Shown: piece by piece, positions 1 to 12,831 of the stretch
Layout: the number at the start of each line of letters is the position of its first letter
Position numbering within the stretch: the stretch's first letter is position 1
Assembly (NCBI GenBank): GCA_012295275.1
Contig: CM022670.1
Span: 13,454,001-13,518,000 of the forward strand
From: Chrysomallon squamiferum
Lineage: Eukaryota > Animalia > Mollusca
Length of the DNA: 64,000 bases
Reading direction: 5' to 3'
Notes under the pieces: model-generated
The model's input: the letters and a program-made list of their open reading frames with translations, nothing else
Told to the model about the DNA's origin: nothing
Database searches by the model: none
Made by a program: the position numbers and the translations under genes

Positions 1-529
1 TTGGTTGTGTGTTTTAAATTCTATCAGTTATAAACAGTATATTGTTTAAAAACACGAAAAATCTTATTTTTTTTTTTTTTTATTTTTGTTTGAAAGCCGG
101 TATTTAGCAGCAAAAGAATTATTTTATAAACCGCTGGGTGAGGCTGTGTATCGTTGTATAAAATGTGATTTTTTTTTCTTTGTGAAATGTGTAATCCTTG
201 TAAAAGGCTTCAAAGGCCACGAGAGCGTAAAAACTGTTTCTTGGTACGTTATTTTTACTATTTTTTTTTTTTTTTTTTTTTTTTTTAGTTTTTATTTTAA
301 TTTACTACTAGTACTAACACCACAAGCAATACATCAACAATAACTACTACTACAACTATTATTATTATTATTATTATTATTGTTGTTGTTGTTGTTGTTG
401 TTGTTGTTTTTGTTTTGTATTGCAGCGAATGAAATATATCGGCAGAAAGCATTAATGGAAGATATTTTGACTGCTATTTACATTTTTATTTATTAATGTA
501 TTTGCTGATTTTTGATGATCATGATGGTG

Positions 530-580
<51 letters not shown>

Positions 581-1160
581 TAACAATGAAACTATTTTTT
601 AGGTTGAAAATTGCGTTCTCTCTCAGGTTATCTTCCTCTCACTAGACTTAATATACTCTTGAAAGATGAAATAGAAATTCTTTATTCAAACATAATCATG
701 CAGTTGTTTAAAAGTAAGTTTATCCTAGGAATTTAAATTTATTATATTAACAAATTCTGCTCTATTCCTAATGACATACTGACACAAAACCAACATACGA
801 TTTTTTGTAATTTCGCACACAATTAGCAGATACTTACGTACATAAACACATTTTTAAACATTATATATATATATATACGACTGTGCACACACAACAAAGA
901 TCAAGGTTGGCTAGGCCTAATAAGTTGAGTAAGCCATAAAACAAATCTTCTTGAATTTGTGCACACAAAAGCAACAATACAACGCGTCCGGTGATGACAT
1001 AAATCTTTTTTTTATTTTTGTCCCCGAGTCCAAACTTTAATAGCGTCACGTCAAGTCATTCCTTTGGAATGTTGTAATTAATGAATGTGAAAAACAGTTC
1101 GAGTTTCAAAAGTCTTTAACCAGCTGCTTAACGACAGGGCTGCAGCATTTAATAAATTAA

Positions 1161-1181
<21 letters not shown>

Positions 1182-1199
<18 letters not shown>

Positions 1200-1247
1200 A
1201 TTAATTAATTAATTAATTAATTAATTAATTTATTTATTTATTTATTT
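1182..1247. repeat. Perfect 66-bp AT-only palindrome: (AAAT)n-(AATT)8-(ATTT)n
   Basis: 1182-1198 is the reverse complement of 1231-1247, around a self-complementary AATT run at 1199-1230. Confidence 0.9.
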
Positions 1248-1977
1248 CGATTTAAAAATCATAACGTACTAGACGTCAAATAAGGTAGAGAAGTTCGACC
1301 TTAAGAAAACAGTTTCATTTTGAACAAATGGCGGGACTGTTTTATACAGTTTCGAGAGACGATCCATTAATCGTTCATCAGAAAACATTTTTGGTATCTG
1401 ACAATTGATAGAAATCAGCTGATATTTTCAGACTTAGTTTCGGAAAACAGCGGAAAACAGCGCAGTGGGAGCGAAGAGGACCGATCATGTTTTACTTTAT
1501 ATTCTATACAAAATGACTGTTAAGGCAAATGAATACAAGAATGTAAATGATCATTGGAACAAATACACACCCTGGGACAGAAAGGAAGAAAAAGAAGGAA
1601 AACCTTAACAACAAAAACTACAATGGTCAGATTAATGAGCAGTTTTCCAAATTCACTTTGAATTAATTATTCATGACCTTTTCATTCAATTCATCTTGTT
1701 AATCAGAATTCGTGTTACTTAACATATATATATATATATATACTGGTTTTATCAGTTTTTATATCATTACATGTCAGCCGCACATTTCACATAAACGATA
1801 ACAACAATTAAAATAAATAAATAAATAATAACAGTAACAACAACAACAACAGAAGCAGCAACAACAACATATATGTTTGAATAAAATAACTTTTTTTTTA
1901 GACATGTTTTTACATTGTGACTTGAAACTGTTCCTAGACGGATCTAAATTTAACATAAGAAAAATGAATAAATCGGA

Positions 1978-2502
1978 TTAAATATTTATGTAGTGTTTTT
2001 CTTTCTTGACTAACATGTAGTCATCCATCAAACATCCGCCAACCATTGGCACGAGAAACATTGTGACAGCAACGGCAGCTATAATAAACTGTTCGCGATA
2101 TTTATGCAAGACAGAATCGTAGGGAGCTGAGTAAAAATTTATAGCTCTGAGAATTCGTGTGTGATAGTCGCTGTTCCGATATATGAAGCAGATATATATC
2201 CCGTAATCCTTTGCTGATATTGCCCTGATTTTTAATACCATTCCTTCTACGCCATTTTTCACTACTACTTCGTATTTTGAACTGTTCAAACGAGACGACC
2301 CGACAATTGTGATGTTCCTCGGTGTTATCCAGGTTATCTTGTCATTTGGTTGCAAATTGGCGTTGCTGTCGTTGCAAACCAGTACGCCCTCGGTGCCCGG
2401 GTAAAACTGAAAACCCCACTGAGGTTCAGTGCGCCAGTCTATTTCGCCATGCACTTCCCCCAGGACAAACAGAAGCAAACACACTGCTATCGCACACCTC
2501 AT
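1978..2502 (-). CDS. Small type I membrane protein with one Ig-like domain (174 aa), CDS in a single exon
   Basis: Signal peptide MRCAIAVCLLLFVLGEVHG. Ig hallmarks: VLVC, ITW, LKI and DYGIYIC. Hydrophobic segment FIIAAVAVTMFLVPMVGGCLM, then a short tail. Acceptor (ttctacag) just 5' of the ATG, exon edge at 2511. A minus-strand donor GAG|GTAAGT at 3088/3087 implies a 5'UTR exon. Confidence 0.8.
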   Translation of the reverse strand: MRCAIAVCLLLFVLGEVHGEIDWRTEPQWGFQFYPGTEGVLVCNDSNANLQPNDKITWITPRNITIVGSSRLNSSKYEVVVKNGVEGMVLKIRAISAKDYGIYICFIYRNSDYHTRILRAINFYSAPYDSVLHKYREQFIIAAVAVTMFLVPMVGGCLMDDYMLVKKEKHYINI

Positions 2503-3089
2503 AATCTTCAGCTGTAGAAAAAAATAAAATAAAAAATAAAAATAAAAATAAATAAATAAAAAATAATAATAATAAAATTAAAAAAAAAAAAAAAAAATAA
2601 ATAAAAAAAAAAAAAAAAAAAAAAAACCCAAACCAAACAATAATAATAAAATAAAACAAAACAAAATAAATAAATAAATAATAAAGCGAGGGAGAAAAAT
2701 TAGAATGACAAAAGTAAATAAAATAACGCAGTAACAATATATGCAAGACCAGATTAAGACATGCCTAGGAAAATATAAACGGAAATGCATGACAACTGAA
2801 GTTAATGTAATTTAACGTTTGCCTTGCATTTGATATTAAAGTAACAACAGTAGCAGCAGCAAGAACAGCAACAATAACGACAACAACATTTATAATAAAA
2901 ATAATAAATAGTTCAATCCTTATTACTTTAGATTAGTTTCTGATTGGTTTCGGTTTAACAGAAAAAAAAAAATACATATTATTATTATCATGTTTTTTAG
3001 AAAATAAAAACAACCCGCAGTGATCATCTATCTGTTGTTCAAAATAATAATTACAACAAAATGCATATGTATTTGACTTCAACTTACCT

Positions 3090-3310
3090 CATTACTTTAT
3101 GACGTCATGCAGAATAGGATAACATGAATATTAATCGATCATCTTCTTCGTTAATGATACGAAGAATGCAAAATCCTTTTTTTTTTTTGTGTGGAAAGTA
3201 TGACGTTTTCGTAATGTAAAAATGCCTTAAAACAATGTACAAATAGTAAAAGCGTAAATATGGCTTTCGTAGAGATCGTAACGTGCGAAACGTGACGTCA
3301 TTATGCTAAA
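3090..3310. promoter_or_regulatory. CpG-containing promoter or 5' region between the divergent Ig gene and FANCF, with two full CRE palindromes
   Basis: TGACGTCA at 3100-3107 and 3293-3300, plus a half-site TGACGT at 3201. It lies at the inferred first exon of the minus-strand Ig gene. Confidence 0.4.
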
Positions 3311-4134
3311 AATAATATTCTCTTTTCAATAGCAAAATCTAAGTATCTGTTTGTGCGAATATAGGTTTCAGGTTTCAGATGTGTAGTCAGTTTGCTGGAC
3401 CAGTGCACCTATCAGTTAATCTGTTCCTCTTTCAGTGTTCCAAAAGTGTTTTACCAAAAGTGCTCTTGTCACTCTATAGGAAGATAAAAGATTTCTTCCT
3501 ACTAATCCACATTAGAAGCAGATTAAATGATGACAAAGGAGGTTTTTTTTTTTTTTTGCTGCGACCTCTTCGCACCACCCCTCATTCAGTATTTACTAAT
3601 ATTGTGTGTGTGTGTGTGTGTGTTCCTCACTCGAAATCTAACTCAGTAATCGAACGTGAAAACTATTTGTATATACCAACGAAATATTTTGTAAGAACGA
3701 CAGCATATTTACAACACATTAATTAGAGTACACTATAGTTTAATTATTTTTCCCCCAACCCTGTAACAGTTATAAAGGATTATCGTTCCTGACTTTCACT
3801 CTTCTGAAAAGTGGGTTTTTTAAGGCGCGTTAAATCAAAAGTGTTGTCCTGTGTTAAAAAAAACTTAGTGTTGATGTTTATACACGGCTTACTTTAATAA
3901 TAGATGTTTCATTTCAAATACAGAAATGGCTGAAATAAGAGCCAGGCATCAAATGATCAACTTTACTAAAATAGTGCAACACCGTAACTCTTAATAATTC
4001 AAGGTCCAGTGCAGTTAGGTGAGTCACTGAGTGGTGGAGTTTGCAGTTGTCGATTTGCAATTGACAAGCCAGGCAAAAGCAAAGCTGCAAAGTTACAAAA
4101 TGAAACTCAAACAGTGATAACTGATATGTTGTAC

Positions 4135-4189
<55 letters not shown>

Positions 4190-4655
4190 ATTTTTACATA
4201 AAATATTTAACATCTTTGACTTTTATCGATTAAATATATTGATTTTAAAATCTCGAAAAAAATACTTTGATTCTTAAATTCTTATTTATTTATTTATTTA
4301 TTTATTTATTCATTACAATAAGTCCAGTATGATTAAAATAGTAGGTAAATGTTTACCCATTGTGTTTATAAACGTTTACTCTGAGATTTAGTTATATATA
4401 AAATAAATAACAACAACAACAATAATATTAATAAATAAAAAAACAAACAACAAAAAAAAAACATACAAATAAAATTTATCGTAATAAATTGGATTCAGTG
4501 AACATTAACACTGATATTTAGATGTGCTGAGAGGTCATACAAATATATTCTTTTATTGATACACAGATACACAAATATGAATAGCATGAATATATATTAT
4601 AATTTATCTTCTTTCTTTTTCTTTATAGAGAAAAAAAAACCTAATAAAATTCTGA

Positions 4656-7600
4656 ATGATGTCTGTTGCAAAAGTGATGAAAAATGTCTACACATTTACT
4701 CAGATTTTGGGACAAGCATCAAATGAAGAAGCTGCTCTCTGGGACACTTTGGCTTTAGAGAACTCTCTGAAATGGGCAGCTTATTGTGAGCAGGTGATAC
4801 CAGCTATGTCTTTTATGTTGAAACTAAAATTATAATAATAATAATTCAGATAGAAGAATAATAATACAGCATTTTCTTTTTTCTTTTGAATGGAATAAAA
4901 CAAATTATAATTTTTTTTATTTTTTTTTTTTTTTAAAAGATATTACAACCATAGATCAAGATTCATGTTGAGTGTAATTTTGGATTATCCCTGATTGTAA
5001 TAACAAATAAATATTTTAATTTGTTTAAAGTGTATACCTTAAAAAGCACTTTACTGTTTATTTATTTATCACATTGTATGTTGTGTACATGTACAAACAC
5101 ATATACAAACATATATTCAGAAAAGGACTGATCTGTGCTTGACTATTTTGTTCTAGCAATGTTCCGACAATTAGAATTGTGTTGGCTACTTGCAAAAAAT
5201 GTCCTAAATATGTGCATTTATTATTATTATTTTGTATGGTTATTTATTTAGAGTGAATTTCTCTACAAAGAGTAAAATATTGGGAACAAATAAAAAATAT
5301 TCAACTTTTTTTTTTTGGCAAGTATGATATAACAAAATTAAAATTCCAAATTTTCTAATTTTTTTTTTTGATGTTTGTGAGGAATTGGGTTTTCTTCTTT
5401 TTCAGTTACATCGTCATGTGAAAGGAAAACCGATTGAAGCAGATTTTGAACGACAGCTACAAGAAATGACTTTGTTATTAGAACCTCCCTTGTGTTTGTC
5501 TGTTAATCTGTCACTGCTGGAAAATGCCACACAGATTTTACAAAATGTAATAAATAAAAATATTAACTTTAAGAGCTGATAGCAAAGTAGTGTTTGCTTG
5601 ATTTAAATATTTGAGCTTTTTACAAATAAAAACAACCTTATGCGGTGTTGTGATGAATTACTTGCATTGTTGTACTTGTTGTTATTATTGTTGTTTTTAT
5701 TTTATTAGGTTCGTCTTCCGGTGCTAATTATATATGTATTTTTCTAATTAGATTCTGCTTTGCAATCCACATGTGAACAGAGAACTTTTAAATGGTCTTA
5801 TTTCGAGCATTCAACTTTATAATCCAAATGAAGAAGATTTTGTGAAGGTGGGTGATATGTTTTGTTTGTTATTTATTTCACATTGTTATAAAAAAAATCC
5901 ATGTATTTTGTATATTTTCAAGTAATTATTTTATTTGTTTCTACAAATAATCTTTGATGATAATATATGATAGTGATCTACAAAGGCCATGTGTAGAGCC
6001 TGATAATCACATACTTTATTTCAATATTTATTTATGATGTACTTCAGAGGTTCTCAAAGTTGGCGTGTTTACAAGGAGCAGTAGACATTTCAGAAGCAAT
6101 CTTGAAAGAAATATCTCCCAGTGCTGATCATTTTGTCAGACAAGAAGTCTGTACTGCAGCAGAAGGGTCACTATACAGTGCAGCCATTGTATTGATTCAG
6201 CATCTAGCAAGACAACTGAATAATGTCTCAAATGTTGAAAGGTAATTGTTACATACAATAAAGTTAACTGCCAGTGACTTTCCTGTCCATACTATTATAC
6301 TGATTATAATAACCATTTAAATGAAAAAAATATGGAATGGTGATTAAAGAAATTATAATTTTTTTCATTCATTAATGCTATGAAATAATTAGTTATAATA
6401 TGAATTTTTTATATTATTATTATATAGGAGGTTTGTTTTAAACCAAAAATTATTATAAAAACAAACGTTTAATAATTTCTAGTAAATCTTTCTGAATAAA
6501 TTTAGATACGGTCATTCTTTCTTTTTCATGCATTTTTTTATAATTCTTTAATCTGCAGATTTACCCACTATGTGGAAAAACTGGCAGAATCACTGATAAT
6601 TAAGAATACTGGCTGGGTATGTATAAACATTATTATTTCGCTGTATTATTTTACTAAATATCATTTGTTATTATGCAGATATTATTTATTCAACACCTGT
6701 CATGATCATAGGAATACACACAGACACTGCTGTAGCCCGATACATTTAATCATGAGTTGTTTGAGAGTTTACATGAATATTAAAAAAAACCCCATTTATA
6801 ATTAATTTTTTTTAAATAGAAATGAGATGCACTAAATATACTTGTGACATGACTTTTTATATGGAACTTAGAGATGTTACAATTTAATGATTTCCATAAA
6901 ACAGTTCAAGAAGTTGATGAAGGTTTTTTCTAAGTAAAAAACACTCCTTTATGTGTGTGGCTGCAAGCTACAGTATTGTCTGCAGCCACAAAGTAAGAGG
7001 TATAACAATTATGTTGTTTCACCTTTCTGTTTTGAATATTCAGGTTTCTGAACTAATTTACTTGTTTCACTATTATTATGATTATTATTATTATTATTAT
7101 TATTATTGCTGATATTATGATTATTATATAGGAAATTCTGGTGTGTTCTCTCTCTGTTGAATCAGATGATCATTTAGAGAGAAATGAACTTGAGTATCAG
7201 AAAACAAAGGATATCATTCTCCAGTGGATGGAGAAAGTTTGTGAAACATCCAGTCATAGTCGGTAAAATAATAATAATAGAATGTACAAATGGTGTTATG
7301 TAAAATATTTGAATACATTGTTTAAAAAAAGTAATACTAATGAATTTATTTCCTTTTTTTATTACTCTGTCTATTCTAAAATGTGTGTAGATATGGCCTT
7401 GCATTTCCCCTTTTCAGCTAGTAATCCAGACATTCATCTATCTGAGTGTGTGTGTGTGTGTGTGTGTGTGTTTAAAGCCATGGAAAGTTAAACAGAAGAA
7501 TGCATGTTAGTCATTGAATACACTTTATAGATTTATTGAGATATGACAGCATTTTCCTCCTATCTTCCATTATTAGTATTTTAAAATATATAAATAATTA

Positions 7601-8349
7601 AAAAGTAATATTAAAATGTGTTGTTAATAATAAAAAAATTTAAATCTTATTTTGATTCCTTTCAGAAATCTGTGTGATGTTAGTTCATTGTTATTAGCTA
7701 AAGTCTCTGCTGAGAACAGTCAGTTTTATCAGTTCTACAGAAACATTTTAGTGGAATGGGGTGTGATGATGGTTCCAGATTATTCAAGACAAGAAGATAA
7801 CTCATGCAAGCTGTATGGATGGAAGTAAGATATTTAACATTATGGTTTTGGAGGTTTTGTGTGTTGTTGTTTTTTTGATTTCTGTTATTTTTATGCTCTT
7901 GAACTTTCAATATGTTAAATTACTGATTTTTCTAATAATGAATACAGCCTCAGTTTAAGAATTGAATTCCTCTGATAGACATCCAATGACTAATTAATTT
8001 ACTTATTTATTTATAAAATGTATTCATTTAAATGTATTGGTATTTGTTTAATGTAATGCTTCATAAATAAATATATTTGTAAGTTTTAAAAGTTTATTTG
8101 TTATTCATTTTTCTATTTATTTATTTAACTTTCAGGCCAAACAGAAAGTCCAGTGTTGGTAGTTTTTCCAGTCTTGTAGATCATTTTGTGATGTTGTTTG
8201 ACCATGCCCAGCCTCAGTCACTCCGAGTATCTCTTGGAGAATTTCTCTCTGAACTTGCTATGAAAAGTTACTTCAACATTTGGAGAGATGTGATAAAAGC
8301 AGTGCAGGAAACACTGAACAGAAAACAAAGAAAGTTAACTTACAGCTAA
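4656..8349 (+). CDS. FANCF: Fanconi anemia group F protein (376 aa, 8 coding exons)
   Basis: Exons 4656-4793, 5406-5546, 5752-5847, 6048-6241, 6559-6616, 7132-7262, 7666-7824, 8136-8349; all GT-AG, phases consistent, 1131 nt. N-terminal WDTLALENSLKWAAYCEQLH resembles human WDPATVRRALQWARYLRHIH. FYQFYRNILVEWG resembles PVYLGLLTDWG. C-terminal NIWRDVIKAV resembles SIWTDLLLAL. Confidence 0.85.
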
Positions 8350-9344
8350 TTTAACACTGAAGAAATGTTTTTTTTGTTTTGTTTTTTTGACAAAACACAA
8401 AACATAAATGGGCAACAGTGTTTCTAGAAATTGACTATTTAGAACTGTTTTGGAACTGTTTACATAACAAAAATAATAACTAAGGATAATCTTTGATGCT
8501 TGACAATTGGCTGCTTTAGAATGAGACAAGATAACTATGGTGCAAGAAATAGATCTCCAAGTGAAAAATGTTAATAGTGAACACTATTAAAATATAATAA
8601 TGTGATAAAAAGAAGAGATGTGATACATTACATAAAGTTATTTTTGACAGACAACTAGACTGAAGTGCACTATGATTTTAAACAGTTTTTCTGTTACAAG
8701 TTACAATTTTGTTGTTTTTGGTGGCCTACTGTTGCTCATAACAAATTATCACAGTAAAATAACACTGTTTCAGATATTTTGTATTATGGATGTCTGCGCA
8801 GGTAGTTATGTTTGAAGAAGCATTCTTCTGTTCAGCATGCAGTTAAACATAAGTTGATATTGTTACCATTTTACAGATTCTGAAGTTTGTTAAGAATTTG
8901 TCAAACTATATAAAAAAAATTATCAGCATCACTAAAAAGATGGGGAAACTGGGCTCATGAAAAAAACAAAATTGAATGATTTTCAGTTGTAAATGATTAA
9001 ATGTATCAACATATTGTATTCTGTTAAATTTTTGTGTGTGTGTGTGGATGTACGACGTACGGCAATAAGGAACATAATGCACTTTGACAATGTACATATT
9101 TTATGTAAACAGTATCCAAGGCAACGTACTAGGTAAATAGTTATTTATTATTATTATTATTTAATTTTTTTAAAACAACAAAATAAAAATTAATGCATAA
9201 CAAACTATTTTCATTTTATGTTTCGAATTTTTTCACGAATCCTGAATTACCTCTCCATAATTGATTATTTTTTGCACGGTTTTCATCAATTGCCTTTGAC
9301 TGTAGTTCGTCTGCGTATTTCGTCGATGCAAGTAGTGTGAGAGA

Positions 9345-9520
9345 CATTTCTAAAAATAGACATTTTTTGGTGTGACGTTTTTATAATCCATTATTTTGAT
9401 TGGGTAGTCCGGGAATTCCTTAGGTAGTGGAATTTCTTAATTGTTAAGTTGCACCACATGTTACCAGTGAACAGCTGACAGTTAACCGGGTCGTTACGAA
9501 ATTGCTATATAAAATAAATA
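9345..9520 (+). promoter_or_regulatory. TATA-containing promoter of the E2 gene with MEF2-, CCAAT- and NF-kB-like sites
   Basis: CTAAAAATAG at 9350-9359 (MEF2 consensus), TGACGT near 9373, ATTGG at 9399, GGGAATTCCT at 9411-9420, GGAATTTC at 9429, TATATAAAA at 9506. About 235 nt upstream of the ATG at 9742. Confidence 0.45.
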
Positions 9521-9741
9521 AATAAATAATAAAATTAGATAAACTGGTGTTTGTAAATAACTTGATTATTGACAGGTAAAATCAACGAAGCAATTTTGTT
9601 TAACGTCTGAGAAAAACGTAAAACACATCGATCTGGTAGACATCCATTACTGAATGTTCCTGTGTGAAAACGATAACAACCGTTCTTCCTTGCTAAATCT
9701 TTCAGCAAAAAAGAAAAGAAAAAAAGGACTAACGACACAAA

Positions 9742-9985
9742 ATGACTCTAGGAAAGCAGCCCAAAGAGCTGCACAGGCTGCTCAAAAAGATAGACAGAGT
9801 TTCTAATGGACAAGCGAAAATTTCGTCCTGGAATCCGGATAGTGCAGACAAAATAAACGTTGAAGTTTTCCCTAATGATGGTATTTACAAAGGAGGCAAG
9901 TTTGAGTTCGAGGTTCGTATTTATCCGAATTTTTAATTTTTGTTAAATGTAAATTTTTGTACACGTTATAAATATGTATTCCTAA

Positions 9986-10078
<93 letters not shown>

Positions 10079-12413
10079 AAAATATATTATCATTTCTTGT
10101 GTACGTACATATGTATGTATGTATGTATATATATATATATGCATTTTGAAAGTGTATATTGCGTACGTTTGTCTATACATAAGCGCAAGTGTAAATTGTT
10201 AAATATTTCTCACATAAAAGGTCATTAAAATATAATAAAATCCTCAAAATGTGATTGTTACAATAGCTGGATGTTACTTAATAATGAACGTTGGTCTTGT
10301 ATTTTACTGTTACGTAAGCATATAATCTGAGAACAAAATACAATACATATATTATAAGATATACAATGAAACATTTTACATAATGCTCATGGGTTAAATA
10401 CACACTTCAGAGCAGCTAAGCCTTCTAATGTCCAGAAGCGATTATGGAGTTGTACACATAATTTATAAAGATTATTATTATTTTTTTAAAATAATGTTTA
10501 CTATTTACTACCACTGTTGCTGCTGCTGCTGCTACTACTACTACTACTACTACTATCACCGCTGCTGCTGCTACTACAACTACCATCACCACAGCCACCA
10601 ACATGCCATTACTGCAACTACAGTAACGAGCACCAAATACTACTGTTACAAATAATACTACTACTTCTTCAATTATTACTGCTACTGCTACTATTACTAC
10701 TATTACTACTACTACTACTATTACTTTATCTGTTAAAAACAAATGAAGTCTAAACTTGTCTAGGTGGCTAAACGAAAGGATATGTTATTATTTTCGTTTT
10801 TTACTACACATTCACTCACTGTTCTGTAGGATTTGCAGATGTATTTGATAAATAAATACGTTTCAAAAATCTAGAATCGCCCTATATTGTTGTTGTCGTT
10901 ACTATTACTGCTACTACTATTATTACACTGTTGTTGTTGTAGTTATTTTTTGTTTATTATATACAACTAGTACAATTATTACTACTAGCAGCTACCACTA
11001 TTACTAGTTCGATAATTAATTAATATTTAATCATTTAATTTATTATTTTTGTTATTATTATATATCACAGTAATCAGACTAACATACATTAACAACTACA
11101 GTAGTAATGATAATAACAATAATCATAATAATAATTAGAAGAAGAAGAAATACAGTGACAAAGCTAATTCATACGTTTGTAATACAATATAGTTATAATA
11201 AAACAAACGTTACAATCACACAGATCTTTACTTAGTACTTTCACTGACAGATAACCGGGTCCAGTCTTAAAGATGCCTAAAACTTTACAACAACCAATTT
11301 ATCTAGTGTTACAGTAATGTGTCTATAAGGCAGTACAAAAACAATAAATGAAGAAATGAAACAGTAAAGATTCCAAGTCGCTGCTAATTAGTAAAAGCAG
11401 CCATGAATATGGTGATAATGTTTTTCTTTTCATCCTGTTATTGTAAAAAAACATTTTTTTTTTTTTTTTAAATCCTTGTAGTGACTGCTAATATTAAAAT
11501 ATGTTCGACAAATATTCTTTTATAGATCCGCATGGACGAAGACTTTCCAGAAACTCCCCCAATATTACGCTGTCTCACGCCAGTCTATCACCCCAACATC
11601 GACCCCACCAATCTGTCCACACATTACTCGAACATCTGCCTGGATATGTTTGAAACCGACACGTGGGAAAAAAACTATGGCTTGGACGGAACAATTCAGG
11701 GAATCCTGTTTCTCTTCTATCATCCAAACCTGGACGACCCCGTGTCGCCGTTTTTCGACGCGCTTGAGACGGAAGAAACGTTTAAAGATAATGTGAAAAG
11801 ATCGCTGAGAGGGGACGAAATCAAAGGATTTCTGTATCCGAAGAATTTATACGGCGAAGATGAAAATACGCTTGAGAAAGATGACGGAAAGATAAAACTT
11901 ATCGTGGATTTGGTTCAATCTAAGGACGATAATTCTGTTGTAAAATCGGCGAATGATGAAAGAGATGCTAATGATGAACATGAAGAGTCAACTGCGAGTA
12001 CTACTGAAGCCAGCTGTGCAATACCTGATGATGCAGTGAAAGTAGACCTTGTGTCAAATGCGATTGAAGATAACATGATATTACAGATGAATGACAGGAC
12101 ATCATCAGAGGTTAAGGACGTTGCATTGCAACAGTTCATTGAAGATGTAAGAACAACAGAAGAATCTGTCTCAGATGATCAAGAAATGCATAACTTTGAC
12201 AAAAACATTAGTACCAGAAGTATTTTTTCAGAAAACAGTAACATATTAAATGTAAGAATACGTCCTGCGAATGTCCACTCAGTTCGATGGAACAGATATT
12301 GCATCCGCTTATACACATTTGATCGACTTTCGCCAGAAATTGATATTTTGCTGTTTGTATGTTCTAACATATTCTCAAAACACTTCAGGCGTTTCCGTTC
12401 CAGCTGCAGTTGA
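9742..12413 (+). CDS. Ubiquitin/NEDD8-conjugating enzyme E2, Ubc12/UBE2M-like, with acidic C-terminal extension (352 aa, 2 exons)
   Basis: Exon 1 is 9742-9912 (...VFPNDGIYKGGKFEFE|gttcgt). Exon 2 is 11526-12413 (tatag|IRMDEDFPETPPILRCLTPVYHPNID...NICLDMF...W...IQGILFLFYHPNLDDP). UBC-fold motifs, HPN and the catalytic Cys are present. GILFLFYHPNLDDP recalls Ubc12 GLQYLFLEPNPEDP. Confidence 0.85.
9989..10074 (+). repeat. (TC)n microsatellite in the E2 intron
   Basis: Read directly from the sequence. Confidence 0.98.
10505..10725 (+). repeat. Compound trinucleotide microsatellite (TGC/TAC/TAT)
   Basis: Read directly; it generates the spurious poly-L/Y/V ORFs in the track. Confidence 0.9.
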
Positions 12414-12512
12414 AAGAACTCTATAACGCTTGAATTACATTGGAACTTGGCGAGTTATGTCCCTTTTGGGGATGTGCTCTCAAATCTTACTACTTGTTTG
12501 TTAGTTATTTGG

Positions 12513-12572
<60 letters not shown>

Positions 12573-12789
12573 GAATGACTATCTGGTCCTCAGGGAAGTA
12601 GTGTGCAAACTGATATATTTAATATAATAAATTATATAAAACTAATTCTTATTTCTTGATTTTATTATTATTTTTGTTTTACACATGGTATTGTATGTAA
12701 TATATTTCTGGAAAAGACAATTCATTTTTATACATGTATTAAATATTACTGTTTGAGTGAAAATCCAGACTGGGTGCGCGTGTATTTGC

Positions 12790-12831
<42 letters not shown>

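Noticed and set aside
830-1060. First non-coding exon of a minus-strand gene running off the left edge (donor-like GTAAGTA near 837)
   Set aside because: It rests on a single motif with no downstream exon in the window, and could be the Ig gene's 3' flank.
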